Of a stretch of DNA of 64,000 nucleotides, positions 58,182 through 64,000 are shown one piece after another. Every line of letters starts with the position of its first letter. Within the stretch, counting starts at the first letter, position 1. Source of the DNA: a virus (Duplodnaviria > Caudoviricetes); IMG/VR virus record IMGVR_UViG_3300029288_000071, positions 96,001 through 160,000 of that record. One strand, 5' to 3'. A model generated the notes under the pieces. The model was not told where the DNA came from, made no database searches, and saw only the letters and a program-made list of their open reading frames with translations. The position numbers were made by a program, and so were the translations under genes.

Positions 58182-59697
58182 AATATTTTCTCTTAAGTTT
58201 AAGACTTGTCATTTTCACAACATTATCTACAGCAATTTTACCGTACAATCTATAAATTTTATCTATAAATTTTGGATTTGTATGATATTTTAGAAATGCT
58301 TCATCTCTAAATTTCAGAATTTCTGCTTTGCTCAAAGTTCCTGTTGCAATTGGATTTGTATCATAAGATAAATAAGCATATTCTGAATAATTTCTTTTTT
58401 CATCATTTGGATCATATAAATCTGAACCTGGAAATGCCATTGTTGCATAAGCATTCCATCCTACAGTATTCAATTGTATAGATAAATCTAAAGTTTTCTG
58501 CATAGTTTCTAAAGTATCACCTGGGAGACCGAACATATAATTTCCCATAACTTCTATATCAGCATTAGAAAGTCTTTTTATCACTTCAAAAATATTTACA
58601 TCTTCAAATTTTCCTTTTGCAGCTTCTAATCTAATTTTCTTATCTCCGCTTTCAATACCTAAACAAAGCCATTTTATTCCAGCAGCTCTTATTTTGGTTA
58701 AAATTTCTGGATTTGAAACTGTATCAATTCTTGAATATGCCCACATTCTTAAATTTTTTGCATAATCTCTTTTGGCTAACTCTTCAACTAGAGGAAGATA
58801 ATATTTTTTATTTAATAAAAACATTTCATCAACAATTCTAATTGTTTCTACTCCCATTGCAGCTAATTTGTCAAATTCTTTTATTATAAATTTAGGAGAC
58901 CAAAATCTCATTCCAGCATAATTAGATGCTCTTCCTACTCTTTCATTTCCTTTTCTGTTAATAAGATTAATCATACAAAAATTACACTTAAACATACAAC
59001 CTAAAGAAGTTTGAATAGCAGCATAAGGACTTCTTTTTGCTTCATCATATTCTCCATGCCATAAAGGAGAACGGTACAAATCAAAAGGTTTTTCTTTATA
59101 AGGAAGTAAATCCCAAGCATATCCTGGTAAATCAATATCCATTCTTTCTTGAGAAATTATATCTTCAGGTTCTGTTAAATATGGAGTTTCATCATGTAAT
59201 CTAAATCCAATTCCTTTTATTTGTTTTAAATCATCATATTTCACTAAACCATCAGTTAAAATTAATTTTACAAGATTTCTTAGAGCATAAACTCCTTCAT
59301 TAGGAAAAATAAAATCAAAACATTTTTCTTTTTCTAAAACTTCATAAGGTAAAGCTTGAACATAAGATCCAACAAGTAATATGGGCCATATTTTCTTTTC
59401 ATATTTAAGAAAATTAGCTAAATCAACTGCTCCTTCCATATTAGCAATTCCTGAACTTACATTTTGCCCATATACAACAAAACATATTACTGCTGGATCC
59501 AATCTGTCTATTTTTTCTGAAACTTGTTCATAAGATAAGTTTTCAGCAGTTACGTCTAAAATTCCACATTCAAATCCAGCTGATCGCATAGACTGAGCCA
59601 ATAAAAGAGACCAAGTTGGTGGTTCTATTGCAGAATATTTTGTAGCTAAAGATTGATAGTTTTTAGTATTATTCGGTGTTATAAATAAAATATCCAT
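58156..59697 (-). CDS. B12-binding radical SAM enzyme (class B methyltransferase-like)
   Basis: N-terminal cobalamin-binding domain, TSLGCMFKCNFC, VDEMF, LGIESG, YMFGLPGDT. Confidence 0.9.
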   Translation of the reverse strand: MDILFITPNNTKNYQSLATKYSAIEPPTWSLLLAQSMRSAGFECGILDVTAENLSYEQVSEKIDRLDPAVICFVVYGQNVSSGIANMEGAVDLANFLKYEKKIWPILLVGSYVQALPYEVLEKEKCFDFIFPNEGVYALRNLVKLILTDGLVKYDDLKQIKGIGFRLHDETPYLTEPEDIISQERMDIDLPGYAWDLLPYKEKPFDLYRSPLWHGEYDEAKRSPYAAIQTSLGCMFKCNFCMINLINRKGNERVGRASNYAGMRFWSPKFIIKEFDKLAAMGVETIRIVDEMFLLNKKYYLPLVEELAKRDYAKNLRMWAYSRIDTVSNPEILTKIRAAGIKWLCLGIESGDKKIRLEAAKGKFEDVNIFEVIKRLSNADIEVMGNYMFGLPGDTLETMQKTLDLSIQLNTVGWNAYATMAFPGSDLYDPNDEKRNYSEYAYLSYDTNPIATGTLSKAEILKFRDEAFLKYHTNPKFIDKIYRLYGKIAVDNVVKMTSLKLKRKYYDKENYRN

Positions 59698-59698
59698 T

Positions 59699-60181
59699 TT
59701 ATTTTAACTCTTCTCTGACTCTCATTAATACTTTTCCGAGTAAATTTAATCCTTTCCAATTTTTTTCATCTAAAATTTTATCATCTTCCCAATGAACTCC
59801 AACACCCCAAATTATATCTTTAGGAGTCCCTTCAACTAAAATTTTACTATCTGTATCAAGAAGCAATTTTCTCAATTCTTGACTATAAAAAAACTTTAAA
59901 TAAACTGCTTCATACATAAATTTTTCTCTAACTTGAGACCATTTTTCATCATCGTAATTCTTAACTTCTCTACCTAGTTTTTTTGCAATTCTAGGTTCTG
60001 AACCATTCTGAACAATTTCTTTTGCTTTTTCACTATCGTTAAAAAATTTTGCTTTCATGTACATAAACAATTGTTCAGAATTAGAGAAAATATTGTTGTC
60101 ATAGTTTATCTTTAAGTCATTTGGAATCCAATTTGAAAGAAACGAACCCCAGAAGTAAATATGTGTATCAGTTATTCTCAT
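59699..60181 (-). CDS. NADAR (YbiA-like) family protein
   Basis: FLSNW, SEQLFMYMKA, KKLGREV, KF, LVEG..DIIWGVG, GLNLLGKVLMRVR. Confidence 0.92.
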   Translation of the reverse strand: MRITDTHIYFWGSFLSNWIPNDLKINYDNNIFSNSEQLFMYMKAKFFNDSEKAKEIVQNGSEPRIAKKLGREVKNYDDEKWSQVREKFMYEAVYLKFFYSQELRKLLLDTDSKILVEGTPKDIIWGVGVHWEDDKILDEKNWKGLNLLGKVLMRVREELK

Positions 60182-61030
60182 TTAGTCTTCATCCCAATCA
60201 TCATTAAATTGAACTGTATGTGATAAATCTACAATTCTTGAAAAATCTAATGGATTTCTTTTATAAAGTGCATTACTTTGGCTACCTGTTGATTTTATAA
60301 GAGGAGTTAAATCTGCTAAAATAAATCCATTTTTATTCATTAATTCATTAAATTCTCTAAATAAAATAGTTCCATCATAAAGAGGAATATGATTAACTTC
60401 AGTATAGATATAGTCAAACTGATTTAAAACTTTATCTGCACCTTTAATTACAAAATATTCATATCCTTGAACATCCATATAAAGCAAATTACAGTGCTTT
60501 ACATGATCTTGAACAATTGAGCTGCAAGAATTTATAAAATTATTCAATGACCAAACAGGTACATCATATTCATGAGCAGTGATTAATTTTGGATTATATT
60601 TTGTTGCTATTTTTGAAAAGGGCAACAATGAACTTGAATTCGAATTATTTGGACCACATTCGAAGAACTTCATAAGTCCATCATTTTCTCCAATAGCAAC
60701 ATTATAGATTAAAGTATTTGCTTTAGGGTAATTTTTTATTAATTTTTCTTTAATTGTATTATAAGCTCTAGTTACAGGTTCAAAATAAATCTGATATTTG
60801 AAATTTAATTTATTAAATAAATCAACTTGCTCTCCATAAGCAGCACCAATTTGAATAACTCCTTTTATGTTTTTCAATACTTCAAGATTATCAAACACGC
60901 AATGCTTTAAAGTGCTCTCTTGTGCATCCAATCTTTTTTCTTCAAAATCGCGCAAATCAACTAAATTTTTATTAGGTTCCATGTGATAATATCCTGTAAA
61001 TTGTGAATTGTGAGCAGGTATTGTTTTCAT
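60182..61030 (-). CDS. FkbM family methyltransferase
   Basis: IQIGAAYG, FEP, SSSLL, MDVQGYE, YTEV. Confidence 0.88.
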   Translation of the reverse strand: MKTIPAHNSQFTGYYHMEPNKNLVDLRDFEEKRLDAQESTLKHCVFDNLEVLKNIKGVIQIGAAYGEQVDLFNKLNFKYQIYFEPVTRAYNTIKEKLIKNYPKANTLIYNVAIGENDGLMKFFECGPNNSNSSSLLPFSKIATKYNPKLITAHEYDVPVWSLNNFINSCSSIVQDHVKHCNLLYMDVQGYEYFVIKGADKVLNQFDYIYTEVNHIPLYDGTILFREFNELMNKNGFILADLTPLIKSTGSQSNALYKRNPLDFSRIVDLSHTVQFNDDWDED

Positions 61031-62061
61031 TAATCAGCATCTTCAAATTCATTTGTGATTGGTTCTTCAAGTTCTGGAATAGCTAAAAATGCATCAATTC
61101 TTTTTATTATTTCTTCAACTGATAATCCATTAGCATCTAACAATTGATTTCTATTTCCATTTTCAAAAATATATCTTTCTGGAAGAGCTATTCTTAAAAT
61201 TTTCTTTTTAATTCCTAAATCTGCTAATGTTTCACAAATAATTGATCCTAAACCACCATCAAGTTGATGTTCTTCAAGAGTAATTATATAATCATAATGA
61301 TCAATTGCTCTTTGTAATAATTCTTTATTAATTGGTTTTAATTTCCAAATATCAAATACAGAAATTTGATAGGTTAATTCTATTAATTGTTGCCAAACTT
61401 TCAATGCTCTGCCTAACATGAATCCTGTTGTTAAAATACAAATTTTATCTGTAGAGTTTTGAGAAGTTTTAGAATTTCTTAAACCACCTCTGACACATAT
61501 CATTCCTGCATCAATGATAGGAGGAACAGGTTGCGTAATTTTATTTTCAATTGGTTCTTTTTCAATAATTGGATCTAAATTTCTTTCTAATCTAACATAT
61601 CTTAATTTTGGTATTTCTAAAGTTAAATTAACTAATTGCTCTATTTGTCTTGTATTAGATAGATTATAAATTTCAATATTATTAATTGATCTCATGTAAG
61701 CAATATCTTCAGTAGGTTCATGAGCGGGTCCAGCTGGAGCATAAGCTAAACCAACACCATTTGCTAAAATAGTAATTGGATTATTTGCTAAAGCACAAGA
61801 ATATCTAATTTGCTCAAAACATCTAGCTGCCCATATAGCCATAAAATATACATAGATTTTTTTACCTGAATGAGATAATCCTGCAGCTACATTTATTGCA
61901 TTTTGTTCACAAATTCCAGCAGAAATAAATTGATCAGGAAGTTCTGATCTCCATTTATCTAGAGATTCTGCTCCCATATCAACAGTAATAAGCATAATAT
62001 CTTTGTCTAATTTTGCTTTTTCAAATAATATGTCTAAAAATTCATTTCGTTGGGTTTTCAT
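61030..62061 (-). CDS. Transketolase C-terminal (pyrimidine-binding) subunit
   Basis: GICEQNAINVAAGL, RCFEQIR, GPAH, YVRL, EEH..GGLGS. Confidence 0.9.
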   Translation of the reverse strand: MKTQRNEFLDILFEKAKLDKDIMLITVDMGAESLDKWRSELPDQFISAGICEQNAINVAAGLSHSGKKIYVYFMAIWAARCFEQIRYSCALANNPITILANGVGLAYAPAGPAHEPTEDIAYMRSINNIEIYNLSNTRQIEQLVNLTLEIPKLRYVRLERNLDPIIEKEPIENKITQPVPPIIDAGMICVRGGLRNSKTSQNSTDKICILTTGFMLGRALKVWQQLIELTYQISVFDIWKLKPINKELLQRAIDHYDYIITLEEHQLDGGLGSIICETLADLGIKKKILRIALPERYIFENGNRNQLLDANGLSVEEIIKRIDAFLAIPELEEPITNEFEDAD

Positions 62062-62300
62062 TTTTGACTTCTCTCTATATACTGTTGTTTAAATTCAGTA
62101 AGATTGAAATTGCCTATTCTTTGAGGAAGTTGTTCTAACTCTTCTGATGTTAATTGTTTAGCATATTCTTCAATGATATGTCGAATAACAAAGGGCCATA
62201 AATCTATAAAAGCTTCCCAAGTATTTTTAGTTCTATCTATACAATCAAGTAGATTTGCTATATCTTCTTCATCAATAGTAATTTGTTTTTTAATTTTCAT
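62058..62300 (-). CDS. Hypothetical protein
   Basis: ORF track. Confidence 0.5.
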   Translation of the reverse strand: MKIKKQITIDEEDIANLLDCIDRTKNTWEAFIDLWPFVIRHIIEEYAKQLTSEELEQLPQRIGNFNLTEFKQQYIERSQK

Positions 62301-62491
62301 AATTTAGCAAACTCAACATTTATTTTGAAATCTTCTGTAATTATTTTTTGTAAACCTTCAAGTTTACTTTTGTAGAATTCTAATCTCAATTTTTTTATAG
62401 TTTCTTCTTCTCTATTTCTTTTTATAGATTTGTATTCATCAAAAACACAATTATAAGCAAATAGAATATCTAATTTTTTTCGTTTTGTCAT
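62297..62491 (-). CDS. Hypothetical protein
   Basis: ORF track. Confidence 0.5.
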   Translation of the reverse strand: MTKRKKLDILFAYNCVFDEYKSIKRNREEETIKKLRLEFYKSKLEGLQKIITEDFKINVEFAKL

Positions 62492-63285
62492 GATAACTCC
62501 TGCAATGCTTGTTCAATTAACTTAGGATCTTTTGGAATAGTATTATGATATTCAAATCGACCTTCCATATAACTGACACCTTTTCCCTTAATGGTATCTG
62601 CAATAATTACAAAAGGTTTTACAACGCATGGTTCTTCTAATCTATCTTTAATTATAGAGAATGAAGCTCTTAATTGATCAAAATCATGACCATTAATTCT
62701 ATTTGCTGCAAAACCAAACGCATGAAATTTATCTTGAATAGATTCTAATTTAAGTAGTTTTTCAGTTTCACCAATTGTGCTCATTTTATTTCTATCTACG
62801 ATTATTATGATATTTTTCAATTTATAATGAGCAATAAACATTAAACTTTCCCAATTTGAACCTTCATACAGTTCACCATCTCCAAGAATAATATAATGAT
62901 TTATTTTTCTATTAGCAAGTGCTAAACCAGCTACATAACCGATAGCATTACCTAATGAACCTCCAATAAAATTACATCCAGGAATTGTTTGATCTGAATG
63001 TAATCGTAAAATTCCTTCTGGAGTACAATACCTATCAAGCTCTGCATGTGGAAAATATCCTAAATCTGCTAAAATAGGATAAACAGAAGGAGATCCATGC
63101 GCTTTTCCAAAATATAATTTGTCTTTAGTATGATCAAAATCAGTTACAGGATCTTTGTATAAAGAAACTAGAATATCAACTGGAGATAGACTTGTTGATA
63201 AATGTCCATATCCACTTTTTGTTTTGAATTCAACTATTCTTTTTCTAACTGATTTTGCATATTGTTTTAACTGTTGATTTGTCAT
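62488..63285 (-). CDS. Transketolase N-terminal (TPP-binding) subunit
   Basis: GHLSTSLS, KAHG, GSLGN, LGDGELYEG..E, DRN, NGHD, TIKGKG. Confidence 0.9.
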   Translation of the reverse strand: MTNQQLKQYAKSVRKRIVEFKTKSGYGHLSTSLSPVDILVSLYKDPVTDFDHTKDKLYFGKAHGSPSVYPILADLGYFPHAELDRYCTPEGILRLHSDQTIPGCNFIGGSLGNAIGYVAGLALANRKINHYIILGDGELYEGSNWESLMFIAHYKLKNIIIIVDRNKMSTIGETEKLLKLESIQDKFHAFGFAANRINGHDFDQLRASFSIIKDRLEEPCVVKPFVIIADTIKGKGVSYMEGRFEYHNTIPKDPKLIEQALQELS

Positions 63286-63293
63286 AATATTCT

Positions 63294-64000
63294 CTATAGA
63301 TTTGTGTAAATACTTGGATTCAATATTTCAAATGACTTTAACAATTCTTGAATCCCATGGTCAACTGAAATAAAAGCTTTAAATCCTCTTTTTTCTATTT
63401 TTGAATTTTGAACTATATAATTTCTTTGATCTGGATCTTTTGCATCTTCAAATTGAACTATTTTAAAGTTAGGAACAAAAGATTTTATTTTCTGACATAA
63501 TTCTAATTTTGATAAGTTAGCATCTGATAGTCCAAAATTGTAAACTTCATTTTTCATTTTGTCCCAATTTAGGATTGTCCAATCAAAAACTGCAGCAACA
63601 TCTCTTACATGAACATAATTTCTTTTAAAGTGTCCCTCAAATAAAGAGATAAAACCATCATTCCAAGCTCGATAAGTAAAATCATTGACTAAAAGATCTA
63701 ATCTCATTTTAGGACTACAACCAAAAACTGTAGCTAATCTAAATACTACTGAATTATCAACATTTCTAACCATTTTTTCTGCTTCACATTTTGTTTGACC
63801 ATAAACAGAAATAGGATTTAAAGCATCTTCTTCAGTGAATACTACACCTTCTCCTTGGCCATATCCTGAATTTGTGTTAGGATAAAGAAGTAATTGATTT
63901 TTTGATTTCACTTTACAGATGTTTTCAATTTGATCTTGATTTATTTGTTTAGCAACTAAAGGATTCTTTTTACAAGCAGGCATACCTACAATAGCAGCTA
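63294..64000 (-). CDS. NAD-dependent epimerase/dehydratase (5' end outside window)
   Basis: AAIVGMPAC, TNSGYG, YGQTK, RLATVFG.SP.MRLDLLVN; frame is open to the window edge. Confidence 0.88.
   Translation of the reverse strand, partial: AAIVGMPACKKNPLVAKQINQDQIENICKVKSKNQLLLYPNTNSGYGQGEGVVFTEEDALNPISVYGQTKCEAEKMVRNVDNSVVFRLATVFGCSPKMRLDLLVNDFTYRAWNDGFISLFEGHFKRNYVHVRDVAAVFDWTILNWDKMKNEVYNFGLSDANLSKLELCQKIKSFVPNFKIVQFEDAKDPDQRNYIVQNSKIEKRGFKAFISVDHGIQELLKSFEILNPSIYTNL

Noticed and set aside
1-64000. Stop-codon recoding (TAG/TGA) as in some jumbo phages
   Set aside because: Core genes are full length and tightly packed in code 11. TAG read-through at the fpg end does not put the amidase in frame.
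1-64000. tRNA or rRNA genes
   Set aside because: Intergenic gaps are short and none shows cloverleaf or T-loop signatures.

Overview
A 64-kb segment of a very AT-rich, T4-like (deep-branching) jumbo phage genome, with essentially all genes on the minus strand in standard genetic code. From left to right: (1) head morphogenesis genes (portal, large terminase, prohead protease, putative internal head proteins, C39 peptidase, glycosyltransferase); (2) a soluble AAA+/M41 protease, a fused Mre11-Rad50 (SbcD-SbcC), primase and RuvC; (3) lysis, repair and auxiliary genes (amidase, Fpg, SLT, peptide deformylase, IMPDH/GMP reductase); (4) DnaE embedded in a probable cytosine/sugar DNA-hypermodification cluster; (5) homing endonucleases, class II RNR, ThyX, helicase, 5'-3' exonuclease, RecA, SSB; (6) a sugar-tailoring cluster (B12 radical SAM, FkbM, split transketolase, epimerase). 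The most striking observation is a dispersed family of at least 8 small, otherwise unrelated ORFs sharing a peptide tag close to (P)IxxLM[KR][KR]IGY, mostly at the C-terminus. Six of them appear to be cut-down fragments of phage hallmark proteins (major capsid protein, prohead protease, terminase ATPase, portal), which are the known triggers of anti-phage sensors. This is a candidate decoy/adaptor system. All family assignments come from motif recognition by eye; no searches were run.
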